Shown here one piece after another: positions 27,966 through 42,716 of a stretch of DNA of 64,000 bases. The stretch is taken from the NCBI RefSeq assembly GCF_009914755.1, contig NC_060929.1. One strand, 5' to 3'. Within the stretch, counting starts at the first letter, position 1, and each line of letters starts with the position of its first letter. This DNA is from the human T2T-CHM13v2.0 reference genome, Homo sapiens. A program made the position numbers and the translations under genes. Below the pieces are notes generated by a model. It searched no databases, was not told where the DNA came from, and saw only the letters and a list, made by a program, of their open reading frames with translations.

Positions 27966-28549
27966 ATTTAACATCATTTTCAGCCAAAAACTGTGGTTTA
28001 GTTATTCCATGCCTGGGCATATGTTAAAAATTTGTACATAAAATAATAAAGTTTCTATTTTGACTAGTGGAATACCTCAGCTGGTTTGAATATAACCAAG
28101 AATTATGGAAGTACCATAGCCAATTCCAAGTAAGATTCCGATTCATAGATTTTTAATTCAGCAAGAATATTGCTTTTGCCATGATATTTTGTTCCACCGA
28201 AATTTGTATTCACATCATTACACAAAACAAATAATTCTATATTCCATGTGGAATTTTTAGCTGAATATACAATTAACGATAGGGAAATTAACAAAACTGT
28301 TTCTCCACCTTCATTAAAATAAGCTTCCAAATGCTTTTCTTTGGCTCCATTAATTACATAAAGTATTCAACAATTATAATGATCTGGTTTTCTATTTGAA
28401 GCAACCAATGGTATTGATCTGCATCATCTGTTTGCAAAGATTTTCTGTTATGAAGCCATTTATTAATAGCTATTTCTTCACTTTTTGTACATGCACAAGA
28501 AACCTTGAAATTTAAAATAGGCCACTATAATTTAGAAAATAGTTATTTC

Positions 28550-28886
<337 letters not shown>

Positions 28887-30451
28887 TCATTCAAAGTCAA
28901 GCTACTCAGAATAGAAAGCAACTTCACCTTCTGCAGCGACTTGTGTTATATTGTCATCTTCAGCCATCATCATCACAGTAAAAATCACTGATATTTCCAA
29001 AGAAGGTTCATTTCTTTTGACTTGAATGAGCTCTGTGATGTCACAATGTCCTATATGTGCTTGGTGGATGGATAGTAAAATTAATTGATATCTTCTACAT
29101 GTTACACATTTATCATCATCATTCTGGAAAAATAGAAATAATTTTTCATTAAACATGCACTTTCATTAACTAGCTCATTGCTGCTGAATGTGTTTAATGA
29201 AAAGATGTCAAATAAATAAAAATTTTAATTTTTACAAAATAATGTATTTGGGAGCGGCAGTAGCAAAAGCATTCAGATGCTCTGAGTCATTTTATTCTGC
29301 CTCTATTTCCTGCACTCCAAGTCTGTGCTTTCCCACATTTGCCACTAACCTTGCTGATTGTAGCATGATGATACAATGTATCTTTCAGGCTTCAGCAAGT
29401 ATTGTGGCAAAATTTGCTAGCAAATCAACAGATGGCAGGGGCAGCTGATTTAAAAATGTTCTCATTAGTACTTGAGAGAAAAGGACTTAGCTACTTGTAG
29501 CTCCTTTGGCCTAAGCATTTTTATCAGCAACGCCCTGCATGCTGTCCTCGTAAGCAAGGTCATGCCAAACTCATGCGCTGTTAGACAAGATCATGCCCTT
29601 AGCTGGAACTATGAAAAAGAGCACTACTGAACTCATTTTGCCTTTTTTTGGTGCAACTGGCAATAAAGATACTTTGCTAAAAATGGAGAAAATCTGAGAC
29701 AAATATTAAGTCAAATGGGAATCCAGAGCTACGGGCATAATCAGGACCTTTCCTTTCCAACTGGGACCCCACCCACAAGACTTGGCAGGCTATGCTCCCC
29801 CTCCCCCGCTGACCTCCTTAGCCCCATTACAGAAACACTTGTGAGCAATATATTGAGACCTTCAATGAGCATTTGATTTAGGCTTGTCATTGTTCCTAGA
29901 CTGAGGCTTCACAGGCAATGATTGTATTGGATTTGACTCATCTTTCGGTCCCTGTTATCCAGCAGAGCGCCTGCCATATGGAAGGTGCTAAGAGCATATT
30001 TGATGAATTAATCAGAGGGTGGGTGAGCAGGACGGGGTACAGAGGGAGAACACTGGCTCTCTGGGCCCTCAGGGAGCACCTCCTTTGGAGGGCTGCATGC
30101 AATACACTTTGAGTGTAGAGGCAAGATGAACTTGCAGATGTATTCCAATGATCAAGAAATGTATTTCCTGTCTGATATCTTTTATAACACCATCTTTTTC
30201 ATGACTCCATTTCCACTTTTTATTCTGTGATCACAGTGCTTGAGTAGTGCTGAGTATCAGGTTCTAGGGGAAGCTTGTTCCAAGGATAATCTAAATCCGC
30301 AGTCTACTTCCCTCCTACATCCCAAGACACAGAAACAGGCACACAAACACACACACAAACACAGGCCAATTGATAGCATGATAACATTCCAGAAATATAG
30401 AAATCAATAAATTTATATATAACTCTTTTAAATTTGCATATGTAGAAATAA

Positions 30452-30826
<375 letters not shown>

Positions 30827-31469
30827 CTATGAAATTTCAAAGACAGTGTAACAATAGTTTATTTCTACCAAAGTTACATATCTAATACATGATGGCAGGA
30901 CATTATACTCCACATAGTAACTCAGGGAACAAGGCTTACAAGAATGACAACATCTTATATCTGCATCGTTCTCATTTGCTGCAGCTTAAGGGTCATGTGC
31001 CTGCTCTCGAATGTTTTGTCCAGCAGAGTCACATTTCATTTTGCTTCCAACTCATTAGCCAAGCTAGAGAGAGGAAGGGCAGCACATGGCCTGTGTCATC
31101 TGTACTCTCTGCCTTTTGGTTTCCAGCTGGAGTTGACCAAAAAAGCACCCTCAAGATCATAAAGCTGGGGATTAACTCACTCAACATTTTCTCTAGCAAG
31201 CCCTGGTTTGACCAAGTCATGTGGGAATCCTCTCATTATGGCTACAACTCTCCTTAGGATATCCTCTGACCTCTAAAGCCTTAGAGTAGGTCATGGATTT
31301 CCACTGTTGCTATTTTTTCCTTGATAGCCATCTCTGGTAGGATTATTTAACATTGCCCATGTCTTTGTTCATTTTAATTGACCTTTTACAATTGCCCCTT
31401 TGTGTGTTCCATAGGTTTCATGCTGGGGCTCTAATTGACATAGTTCCTCTGTTCTCATACATAGAACTA

Positions 31470-32015
31470 CACCAACCCCTCCCCAAGAAAGACAACCAGA
31501 AGTCCCATCCAAGTGCTGATGTCAGTTCTAAGTCCAGAATCTCAGCAGGATACACAGTGCATCCTATATCAGGTCAAGACACGGCTCCTCTTAGCCCACA
31601 TTAAGAACTACAAAGGGAGGTTGTCCACACTCAATGAACAATAATGGAACCACAAGTTAACAACAGTAAACAATCCTATTTAAAAATTGATGAGAGAAAC
31701 ACAGAAGTTAATGGTTCCTGTCAATTGTGCAGTAATGTTTGACAGTCTCATTGCAAACACCGTTATTCTGGAGATGGAAGTGTTACTATTTGTTCATTAG
31801 CTCTGGATCCTGATCTCTGGGAGAACTTTTCTTGTTCCTTTTTTTCTCTCATTCCTAAATCCATCTTCTGGAAAGACCTTCTTGTACACTATTCTGTTTG
31901 ACTAGATCAGATGTGGGTTTTGTGGAATGTATCTATTTTGAGAGTTATATAGCTTTGTCAGGTCACTTTCTGCTTACAAAATGTTTGTACCTCAAGTTTT
32001 GCATGCTTGTTTAGG
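31470..32015 (-). mobile_element. MLT1 internal-sequence remnant, apparently resuming at about 34727-35145
   Basis: agtccagaatctc...tcaggtcaagacacggctcctctt...aacagtaaacaatcctatttaaaa resembles antisense MLT1-int and leads toward an MLT1J-like LTR at 35146. Confidence 0.45.
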
Positions 32016-32019
32016 CCAG

Positions 32020-34268
32020 GGATATAGTTCTGATGTTTGTCCCCTCCAAATCTCATGTTGAAATGTGATTCCCAATGTTGGAGGTGGAACCTGATGGGAG
32101 GTGATTGGATCATGAAGATGGATCTCTCATGATGGGTATAGCACCATCTTCTCGGTGATAAGTGAGTTCTCACTGAGTTCACATGAGATCTGATTGTTTT
32201 AGAGAACCTGGGATCTCCTCATTCTCTCTCTTTTGCTCCTTCTCTCACTGTGTGACATGCTGCTCCTCTTCATCTCCTATCATAATTGCAAGCTTCCCGA
32301 GGCCCTCACCAGAAGCAGATGATGGCACCACACTTCTTGAACAGCCAGCAAAACTGTGAGTGAAAATAAACATAAAACTAAAATTTCTTTATACATTTTC
32401 CAGCCTCAGGTGTTTTTTAATAACAATACAAGAAGGGCCAACTATAGAAAATTAATACTGAGGAGTGGGGCATTGCTATAAAGATACCTGAAGATGTGGA
32501 AGCAGCTCTGGAACTGGGTAATGGGCAGAGGTTAGAAGACTTTGGAGGGCTCAGAAGAAGACAGAAAGATGAGGGAAAGCTTGAAACTTCTTAGAGGCTG
32601 GTTAAATGGTGATCATCAAAATGCTGATAGAAATATGGATGGTGAAGTCCAGGCTGACAAGGTCTTATATAGAAATGAGGAAGTTATTGGGAACTGGAGT
32701 AAAGGTTACCCCAGTTATGCCTAGAAAAGAGCTTGGCTGCATTGTTTCCATGCCCTAGGGATCTGTGGAAGTTTGAAGTTAAAAGTGATGACCTAGGGGA
32801 TTTGGCCAGAGAAACTTTTAAGCAGCAAAGTGTTAAAGATATAGTCTGGTTGCTTCTAAGAGCCTATTATCAGAAGGCTGTTCCTGCAAAGAAATGACTT
32901 AAAGTTGGTACTTATATTTAAAAGGGAAATAGAACATAAAAGTTTGGAAAATTTGCATCCTGGCCCTGTGTTAGAGAAGGAATCCCAGCAGGCTATGGAG
33001 CAACCACTTGCTAGAGACAGTAGCCTGACTAAAAGGGAGTCAAGTACTAATATCCAAGACAATGGGAAAAAGACCTCAGAGGCATTTCAGAAGTCTTTGG
33101 GAGAGTCTCTCCCATCATAGGCCTAGAGGCCTAGGAGGAAAGAATGGTTTCAGGAGCCAGGCCCAGAGTGCCACCACCCCGTGCAGCCTTGGGACACTGC
33201 TTCCTGCATCCAGGCTGCTCAGGCTTTGGCCTTTGCTCAAAGGGACCCAGGTACAGTTCAGGTTGCAGTTCCTGAGGGTGCAAGCCATAAGCCTTCGTGG
33301 CTTCTACATGGTGTTAAGTCTGCAGGTGCACATAATGTAAGAGTGAAGGAGGGCCTTGGTGGTTTTCATCTAGATTTCAGAAGATGTATGGAAAAGCAAA
33401 GATGCCCAGGCAGAAGTCTGCCACAGGGGTGGAGCCCCCACAGAGAAATTTTACTAAGGCAGTGCAGAAGAGAAATGTGAGGTTGGAGCCCTATGCAGAG
33501 TCCCCACCAGGGCACTGTCTAATGGAGCTGTGGGAAGGGAGCCACCACTGTCCAGACTCCAGAATGGTAGATTCACCATCATATGGCACCCTCTGCCTGG
33601 AAAAGTTGCAAACACTGAACTCAAAACCATGAAAAGAGCCACAAGGCTGCATCCTACAAAGCCACAGGGGCAAAGCTGCACAAGGCCTTGGGGGACCACC
33701 CCTTGGACTAGCATGTCCTGGATGCAAGACATGGAATCAAAGGAGCTTGCTTTGCAGCTTTAAGATTTAATGGCTTCCTTGCTGGGTTTCAGATTTGTGT
33801 TGGACTTACTGCCCCTTTCTTTTGGCTAAGTTCTTTCTTTTGGAATGGGAATGTATACCCAATGCCTATACCACCATTGTGTCTTGGGAGTAAATAACTT
33901 GTTTTTGGTCTCAGAGGCTCATAGGTGGAGAGAACTCAGCTCCAGATGAGACTTGGGACTTGGGACTTTTGAGTTAATACTGGAATGAATTAAGACTTTG
34001 GGAGACTATTGCTAAGGTGTGATTATATTTTGAAATGCAAGAAGGACAACATGAGATTTGGGGAGCCAGGGGTGGAACAATGTGGCTTAGATGTTGTCCT
34101 CTTCAAAACTCATTTTAAAATGTGATTCACATTATTGGAGGTGGAGCCTGGTGGGAGGTGATTTGATCATGGGGGTGGATCCCTCATGAATGGTTTAGCA
34201 TCATTCCTTTGGTGATAAATGAGTTATCGCTAAGTTAGTTCGCATGAGATCTGGTTGTTTAAAAGAGC
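32020..34268 (+). mobile_element. MSTB-like MaLR element: 5' LTR 32020-32446, internal 32447-34077, truncated 3' LTR 34078-34268
   Basis: LTR gatgtttgtcccctccaaatctcatgttg; internal ggagggctcagaagaagacagaaagatgagggaaag; purine tract gggagccaggggtggaa; second LTR stops at ggttgtttaaaagagc. Confidence 0.92.
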
Positions 34269-34362
34269 TAGTTCACAATTCATATGGCAACATAATTCCT
34301 GTGAAAACTTAGACTATTTGTCTGTTTTCTGTAAATAGAGTTTACACAATTCCTTTCTAGGC

Positions 34363-34722
34363 TATCACAGAAAACTACATCAGACAGAATGTAACAGAAA
34401 AGAATAATTTTATTCAAAACAATTGCAATAGAGTTGAGACTACTGCAGTAGAGGAGAGAGGTTGAACTCAAGTTTGAATACAGCAAGGACAGCTGGGGAT
34501 TTATAGCCAAGTATCAGAGTGAGGGGGTCAGTGGATAGAAATTACTAAGAGGAACTAATGAGATACCAGTGTTGGGGAAGAGGACATTGATTAGATATTA
34601 AGGGTACGGGCATTTGTGCTAACCTGGCCTAGGATTCTTGCTAAAACTTGACTCTGCAGACTCAGGACAAGGGGGCTCAGAGGAGTCTGACTAAAGTTTG
34701 GCCAAGGAGGAGATTCTTGGCA
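34363..34722 (-). mobile_element. ERV1 solo LTR (MER31/MER67-like)
   Basis: Minus strand starts tgccaagaatctcctccttggccaaactttagtcagactcctctgagcc; 4-bp TSD aggc at 34359 and 34723. Confidence 0.8.
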
Positions 34723-35145
34723 AGGCATGGTTCTCAGGTGTGCTATATTTCTTTATCATTCTCATAAATCTCTCTTTCCTTAGTGCTGGCTGCTTTGAGG
34801 TTTTACTGGATTTTCATCACTCCAAGTATTTTAACATCCCATGTGTTATTTGGGGTCTAGAGATAATCAGTTTGTCTAACACTGCAAGGGCTCCACAATC
34901 TGGGCTCTCTCTGTTCTCGCTCATCTGTGCTTGCAGACTGGCCAGTGCTTTCTGCCCATCTGTCTTTCTTGCAATACCTTTCTGAATCCCAGAAATAACC
35001 TGTACACACTACTGCTTTGCCATTTTACAATATGGATCTGCATTGTTTTAGCTTCTGAAATCAGTCCTCTTGCCACACTCTTTCACTGAATCGATGCCAT
35101 ATGTTTTGGGTTTTTATTTCAGTAGGACTTCACCAACTTTGCACA

Positions 35146-35547
35146 GTATTTATTATTATTCTAATCACATGATCCTCTGCTGTGGTAACAGATAAATCCT
35201 CAAGTTCCACTGATTTAATAACATGAGACTTGATGTCCTGCTTACACAACATTCACTGGGAAAAACAGTGAGATGGTGAGGTGGAAAGAGTGTGTGGGGG
35301 TCACCTGTTGAGTTGGAGTCTACTAATTTGTAGGTGCACATGTGGAAAAAGTAGCCACAGCAGGAGAAAAGAGATCTGGAGTTCTGTGCAACAGCCCTTG
35401 AGTGCATCAACCTGAAATTAAAGCAGTCACTTTTGCTCATACCCTACTTGCCAGAAATCATTTCATGGCCCAGAGTACCTGGCAGGAGCCCGGGAAATGT
35501 GGCAAAGCACACTCACATTTGGTGCACAGTCAATGCATCTGCCACAG
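35146..35547 (-). mobile_element. MLT1J-like LTR
   Basis: gctgtggtaacagataaatcctcaa...cagtcacttttgctcataccctacttgccagaaatcatttcatggcc...tctgccaca. Confidence 0.65.
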
Positions 35548-35692
35548 TAGGCTTCAAGTATATTATAAATAAATAATTATACATAAACGCATGTGTTCAT
35601 GCACACACACGCACACACACACTTGAAATAGCCATTGTGTAAAATCCCTGTTTAATCAATTTTATGCTACCATTATTTCACATTTTAACATT

Positions 35693-36544
35693 TGTGGCAG
35701 ATTGAATCTACCAAGAATGGCTGCAAAACTACTTCCCATTCCACGTGCTCCTCTGCAGTGACTTTGCCCCTCTCCTCACCTTTATCATGAACTGGGCTGA
35801 TTTCCTTGCCCAAACCTTGAATCTGGGCTGGCATTAGAGACTCACTTGTATCCAACAGAGATGGCCTAAGTGATGCTGGATCACTTCTAAGGATAAGTCA
35901 GAACTCTGCCTGTTTGTGTCCCCCAGAACTTGTTTGTTGAAGTCCTCACCCCAAAGTGATAAGAGGAGGGGCCTTTGGGAGGTGACTTGACCATGAGGAT
36001 GGGGCCTTCATGATGGGATTAGTGCCCTTACAGAGCTCTCTCTCTGCTCTCCACTTTGTGAGGACACAACCAGAAGACGGCCATCTGCAAACCAGGAAGA
36101 GGACCTTCAACAGACACTGATCTGCTGGCTTCTTGGTTTTGAACTTCACCTTCCAGAACTGTGATAAATAAATTAGTGTTCTTTAAGCCCCCAAGTCTAT
36201 GGTATTTTCATTATAGTAGCTTGGATAGATTAAGACACTTCCTTTTGGAGTGATCCCTCTCAGAGCCCAGCTTCCATGGCTTTGAAAAGCCTAAAACCAC
36301 ACAGTAGAGAGCTCCAGGCAAATAAAAAATTTTCCATGTTAGTCTAGCCTCCAGCTGTTGAAGTCACCTCCAGAATCTCATGTCCTCTGGCTGAGGCCCC
36401 AGGCATTGTGGAGCAGAAACAAACCTTCCCTGCTGTGCCCTGTTCAAACTTCTGACTTACACAATCCAAGATCAAAATGAATGGTGGTTATTTTATACCC
36501 CTGAGTGTTGGGTGGTTTGTTATGCAGGCTGGATAAATGGAACA
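35693..36544 (+). mobile_element. MLT1F/G-like LTR split by an MLT1A LTR (about 35903-36237)
   Basis: tgtggcagattg...ccttgaatctgggctgg; inner ggggcctttgggaggtga...atgggattagtgccctta...attaagaca; resumes to gtttgttatgcaggctggataaatggaaca. Confidence 0.8.
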
Positions 36545-36904
36545 ACAGCTCTGGATCAACGTGAGTCTTACAATCAATTGTGTCTTTTTAAAAATTTAAA
36601 TATTTTAGCAATTCTGAAGTTAGAATACATCTTAGGTATGATAAAATATGGTAACAAATAAAAATGGGTATACTTTATATGAAAATCTAATGGGGAGAGT
36701 TCTTTCTTTTTTCATTATGTCAGAAATACATTATACAACTGTATACCTATGTACCTTCATACAGATTTTGCTAATATTTTATGTTATAAAATAATGATGT
36801 GTGCATTGTACTAGATGAGTCTTCTTATCCTTTTCATCAACAATCCCTATTGAAAATGCAGTCTCCTGGCCATACCGACTCCCTTTATCTATGATAACTT
36901 AGAC

Positions 36905-37370
36905 TCACTCCACATTCCACGATTATTTATTGGCAGCTTCTGGGTGTGAGGAATCGTAATCGGCATGGGGCGCAGAATGTGTAAGACAGGCAAGGTCCTT
37001 ACCTGCCTACACAGAGTCATGGCACAGGGAGAGATGCATGAAAGCAGCAAGCGGGAATCAAGTATGTGAATACAAGCCCTGAAGGGTGTGGTGAAGGGAA
37101 CAAAAAAGGTACTTGAGAAACTGAGGAAGACTTTCCTTTGGGTAGTTGGGGAAGGCCTTGCTAAGAAAGCCCATTCGAGCTGAGACTTAAAGGCCTCTGC
37201 TACCTACAAGGTGGGGGTCATTTCTAGGCTGCTGGAAGAAGATGGGGGACTGGAGGTCAGTGTGGCTGCAGCCACGGAGGGGCAGGAACAGGAGGGCGCT
37301 GAAGGGCAGAGACCTGCATGCTTTTTAAGGACTTGGAGAGCAAAAGACAAATCTGGGTTTGTTAAAAGTC
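36905..37370 (-). mobile_element. L2 fragment
   Basis: tatttattggcagcttctgggtg...aagacaggcaaggtcctta...gggaaggcctt...gagctgagacttaaagg. Confidence 0.55.
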
Positions 37371-37377
37371 ACTGTGA

Positions 37378-37998
37378 ATCAACCTTCGTAGTATGCCCTT
37401 CAGTAGGTGAGTGGATAACTGCGGTACATCCAGACAATGGAATATTATTCACATTTTAACATTATGTTATTTAACAAAATAACATACTCAAACAAAGTGA
37501 CTAAGAAGTCATGAAAAGATAAGAACCTTAAATGCCCATTACTAAGTGACAGAAGACAGTCTGAAAAGGCTACGTCTATGATTCCAATATATAACCTTCT
37601 GGAAAAGGAAAAACTATGGAGACAGGAGAAAGGTCCGCGGTTGCCGGATGTGAGTGGGGAGGGAGGGGTGAGTGGACAGAGTGCAAGGGATTTGGGAACT
37701 ACTCTCTATGATACCCTCATGGTGGATCCATGTCACTATCTATCTGTCCAAACCCACAGAATGTATGGCACCACGAGTGAGCCTAGTGTAAACTACAGCC
37801 TCCAGGGGATAGCGATGTGTCTGTGCAGGTCCACTGTTCATGACAAAGGCACACATTGTAGGTAATGCTGATAGTGGAGGGCCTGGAGGGGCAGGAGGTA
37901 AATAAGAACTCTCTGGGCCTTTCTCTCAATTTTGTTTTGAACCTAAAACTGCTCTACAAAATAAAGTCTATGTAAAATTAAAAAGAAAAAAAACAAAA
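37378..37998 (+). mobile_element. L1MC1-like 3' end with A tail
   Basis: ggtacatccagacaatggaatattattca, tctgaaaaggctac, gtccaaacccacagaatgta, gaacctaaaactgctctacaaaataaagtcta. Confidence 0.88.
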
Positions 37999-40689
37999 AG
38001 GCATTCTGGAGGCTCAGAGGAGGGAGCAGAAGGGACTGAGGAGAGTGGAAGGCCGTGGGGTGGCACAGCCAAGACCTCTGCAGACCCCCACGGGAGACCT
38101 CCCTTCCCCGGCGTGCCCGAGGACTCTGCCTCTGTGTGGCACTGCTGCAGCCCTCCACTGCAATTGTTTACTCACAAGTCCTTGTGCCCTAAGACTGAGC
38201 AGCTGGTTGCGAGGAGGAGGAGGTAGTGATGAGGGCTAATTCACAGGAGAATCCAGGCGGTGGGTATGCAGGGAGATGAGGCCAGAGGAGGAAAGAGGGA
38301 AAGATGGACATGTGTGAGGCCTGGACCATTTTTCTGCCTTGCCCAGGGACAAGAGGGACTTTTCTGCACAGACACAGCCTGAGCCTGTGTCCAGCCTCTA
38401 GAACACATCTGTGTTTCCAAAAATGCTTCCTCCGCCATCCTTCAGGATTATTTTCAAGCCAAAATGTTGAGCATAAACAGGAGGAGATGCAGTCCAGGTG
38501 AACCTGTGTCTCCACAGCCTGTGTGAGGGAGCAAGGGAGGGAGGGGTGGTCCAAGGAGGGACTGAGGCCCCATGTGGGAAATGGGGCCTTCTTTCTGCCC
38601 ACCCTTACCATCTCCTTGTCCTTCCCTCAGCTTTCTCTTCCTCCCTCTTGCCTTTCCATTCTCCCCTCATCCCTGCTTTTAACACTTTGAATTCATGTTT
38701 CATGCATGGTGAATGAAAAGGCCACCCAGTCGTTGGGTGGAGAGTCCTTCTGACCCCCAAATATCTCCCAGACTCTTGCCAGAGGCTCTTTGCATGGGGT
38801 AACGGCCAATCCGGGATACAGTGCTGGGCTGGGCAGAGGAGCACAGGATTAGAGCAAGCGCACACGGCTGCTCCTGCATTTTTCCTGGCAGTGGAGCATG
38901 AGCCTGTGAGCTGACTCTTGACACTCACAACTCCGACGGTGCCTGGGCTTCCTCTGCCTCTCTAGGACAGTCAAACACATGCTTCACTGTGATCACCTGA
39001 GAGTGGTGGTTTTCAGTTCAGGTGTGAATTTTCTCACAGACACCAATTCTGTGACTTCATTCATTCTTACACTCATTTCTATGCCCGTCAGAATGTGCAA
39101 TTACAAAGCTGGAGGAGCTTGCACAGACACTCAAGGCCTTTCAGAGACCCATTAGGACTCCGCAACCCTGGACTTTGGGGACCTTTTCCTCCAGCAGTGT
39201 GCCCGAGTCATCCTTTGTTACAACATAGTGTCTCATCCTAGCATACACAGACATGCAAATGTACACATGAGATCCACTCTGGCACCCCATGGTCTCTTTC
39301 TGAATATGTATTGCATCCTGCCAGTCAAATGTCTTCTGATTATGAGGAAATTTAATCTGGGTATCATGAGTATAAGTCTTTATGATGACAATGAAAATTA
39401 AGCATTCTAGTGTTGTATATTTCAAATAAAGTTGCAGCTCTCCCAAGCTGTGGGGATACATTCTGTGCAAGCTCTCTCCCTTCCTTCTGTTGCCCTCTCC
39501 TAACCAGCCACGAGAGAGCACAAAGACAAACATGTGGCTGGCTGAGGAGGATGGATGTGTAAGGCAACATCTTCTGTACAGGAAATGCATGAGGTTGAGT
39601 CACACATTTCTAGCCAGGCAGCTTCAATTGCTGTTGATATGGCTGGTTGTTGCAATGTGGGCCGGTGCCACAGGAATCGTCACTTAGCGCATTGATTAAA
39701 ATGATCCAGCGCCTCACCAGAGACATTCTTGAGGCCCCAGAGGCACCCAACAAATGCAAACATTGCAGAGAAGGAGACAGCAAAGGTGAAATCACTTAGC
39801 ATCTTTGGCTGACCTCAGCTCCAGATGCCGGTGGAAGCTGGGGCTTGATTTTGCTTTGCTTCAGGGACAGCGATGATACATTTTATTACAGTGTTGATTC
39901 TGAGGTCCCATCAGGCTTCTGGTGTCCTCAACATCCAGGGAGGCCAGACAAGCTGAAAAAATCTTTACACAATGGCAGGGAGCAGCCAGAGGAAGGAAAG
40001 AGCAAGGCCATCCAAAGCAACACAGAGCTCTTCGCAGGTCAGAACGTGCACCCAGGAGCAGTGGCTGAACCTTGCGTGGGAGTGAGGTTTAGAGGCAAGA
40101 GCTCAGGGAGTTCTACCCAACCTAGCAGATGAGGACACCAAAAAAAAGGCAATCAGGACTGGAGAAGGGCATTTCCTCAGTTATTAAAAAATAACAATGC
40201 TCATGTCTCTTTCTCTTAACAAAGATGCTGGACATTTAAACCAACTCAGCTCTCTCAGCCCCACAAATACACTTTTTAAAACTTGGTCTGTCTTTTCTAG
40301 TTGCCACAGCCGAAGCCCTGGGCTGCCTCCACCTCCGACCTTATGCACAGGAGCAGCTGTTGAGTCACTTTTACTGTGCTTTCTTGAGAAGGAAGGGAGT
40401 TCCCAGGGGTCTGGTGATATCCACCTGCAGGGGGTCTCCAACACAAGACAGCGCTACAAGAGCCAGGGCAGCCTTGGCCAGAGCTAGGGGTGCAGAGGTA
40501 AAGGCAGGCCTTGCCCTCCAGGGCCACACAGGCTGGTCAGGAGACAGTCCTGTAAGGGGACCCAACGAGTGTCCTGTGACAGTGCAGGGCTGAGGGGTGT
40601 GCAAAGCTCCTCGGGTGCATGAGAGGGAACTGGAGGTGCCCTTGCCTCCTGGTCATTTAAACCAACTGACATCCTGAGCATAGTAGTGC

Positions 40690-40965
40690 CTGTATGTGTA
40701 CACATGTATGTGGCTTCGTGTGCTCACTTGGGTGAGCGGTGTGTGTATTTCTGTATATATGGGCCTGCATGTGTGGTATATATGTGTGCATGTGTGTGTG
40801 ATATGTATGTGTGCATGCATTGTGTGTTGTGAGTATGTGGGGATGTGTATGTGTTCGCGAGTATGTGCATGTCTGTGTGTATTCATGTCTTTGTGCTTGC
40901 GTGTGTGAGTGTGCATATGTCTACATTGCTGTGTGCATGCCTGTGTGTGGGTGCATTTACGTGGT
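40690..40965. repeat. Degenerate (TG/TA)n purine-pyrimidine alternating tract
   Basis: tgtgtgcatgtgtgtgtgatatgtatgtgtgcatgcattgtgtg... Confidence 0.85.
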
Positions 40966-42229
40966 GTAAGGGCAGGTTTGTCTAGACCTTGGCCTAACTC
41001 CTAGGCCTGCTCTGACTTAATTGTGGGCACAGACACATGAATCTTCATGGGCTCCCTTTAATAACAAATAATGAATTTTACATTCATTTCCTGAGTCTTT
41101 GTGGCATAATGTGGCATTCTCAATCACATCTATAAAAATAGGAGATCACTTTGTTCAAGAACCAAAGATGGCTCACCTTGAAGAGCTCTTTGCCACACCC
41201 ACTTCTGGCCTCTCTGAGCCCTGCTGGTTAAGGGTGCAGTGTGAGAAGGCTGGCCTCACTGTTTAGATATAGGATGGAGGAAACTCCAACAGATGACTCC
41301 ACATGATTTGTTCATTTGAAAGCACGACCTTCGTCTGGAGCCTAGGCTTGAAATGGACCAAGACAGCTCATTTGGATGCCATGCCCGAGGCTAGACTTTG
41401 CTTAAATTGGCACAGGTTGTATTTGCTCTGATGTTGCTTTAATGCCTGTGGAAGAAGATCTCTCACAATTTCCCCAGGCAGGTATTTTAGTGGCATCGCT
41501 ATTGTCATCACAGTGTCTCCTGATGTTTGTTCTAAATCACTGTTTTGCTCCCATGAGCAAATACCCTTCCTAAATGATTCCCAGGATTTTCTAGTAAGAA
41601 GAGGATTGAAGGAGGGTGCTATAGAGCCCTTGAGCAGGTAGCTGGACTCATTATCCGGCACTTTCCTACAAGGACACAGCATTTAGGGCAGTGCCAGAGC
41701 CTCATCCACCTTCACGACACCCTCTCCCCACAAGAATAGGTCCCCAAATGGGTTAAATTGTTTTTCCTTCAGACCTCCTCTTCTTTCATGCTCTTCACGC
41801 TCTATTGAGATTGCACGTATGTCTTTCAGGTTGATGCTTACACTTGCCACCGACCTAGAATGTCATCCAGAATATTCCATCTTTGCAGAATGTGAAGTCA
41901 TCTGTGAGATTTTTAGCTGAAAAAGAAAGTACAACAGGCTGGATCCTAAGGCTGCATGCTTACATTTTTTGTTATTATATTTTTAGCTGTGAAATTCTAC
42001 TCATCATTATTTTCTAGACCTTGAAGATGATCTTTTATCTTTTCCATTTTGAGGAACTTAGGGTCAAAAAACTCTTGATTCCTCTCTTTTTTGTTGGGTA
42101 AAGACATGAAGTTGTTAGTGTTGTTTATCCCAGTTCACATGTACTTTGAAAGATATGAAGAGATGTTGAGTAGCGGCTTAAGAATGGTCTGTGATGAAGC
42201 TGCTCTGCTCAGGTTCTGTACTCTGCAAA

Positions 42230-42716
42230 TGACATTTTTACCTTTGCCATATGCTCCTGTTCAGTCTCCACCCAAAGGACAAGAGACAGGTGAGAAGGCT
42301 GGAGGGGGAGAAGGGACTACTCGCTCCTCCCTTTTGTTTATGTTTCCCATCAGTGTCTATGACCTACTCTCAGCATGAGTTGATCCCAGTTTCCAGTTTT
42401 TCCCATAACCTGAGCCTTATGGGATCCCTTCCAAGATTTTGTGGCACCAGCATCTACAGAACAGCCCCCTTTCCTCAGAGACCTGGGTCTCAGCTCAGCA
42501 GGGCCTCTCACCCAAGTTTTCTGTTCAAACAAATCCAACCTCTTCCCTTTGTCTCCTCAGCCCTTGAAGGCTAACTGATTCTGCAGCTATCACCTCTGTG
42601 TCTCTATGTCTTTTTAGCCCTCTAATTCCTAGTCAATCAATTCCCTATACTCAATTCTCACTGTTAAAATAACTGGCATGCTTTCTGTTTTGTTGACTGG
42701 ATTCTGAATGACCCAG
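42230..42716 (+). mobile_element. Probable old ERVL LTR (LTR41/LTR33-like)
   Basis: 3' end ctgttaaaataactggcatgctttctgttttgttgactggattctgaatgaccca resembles these LTR ends; the 5' boundary is uncertain. Confidence 0.4.

Noticed and set aside
32542-33763. Cluster of overlapping ORFs
   Set aside because: All lie within the decayed MST internal region and are broken by stops and frameshifts.
38527-38546. G-quadruplex motif gggagcaagggagggagggg
   Set aside because: Fits the pattern, but such motifs are very common and there is no supporting context.
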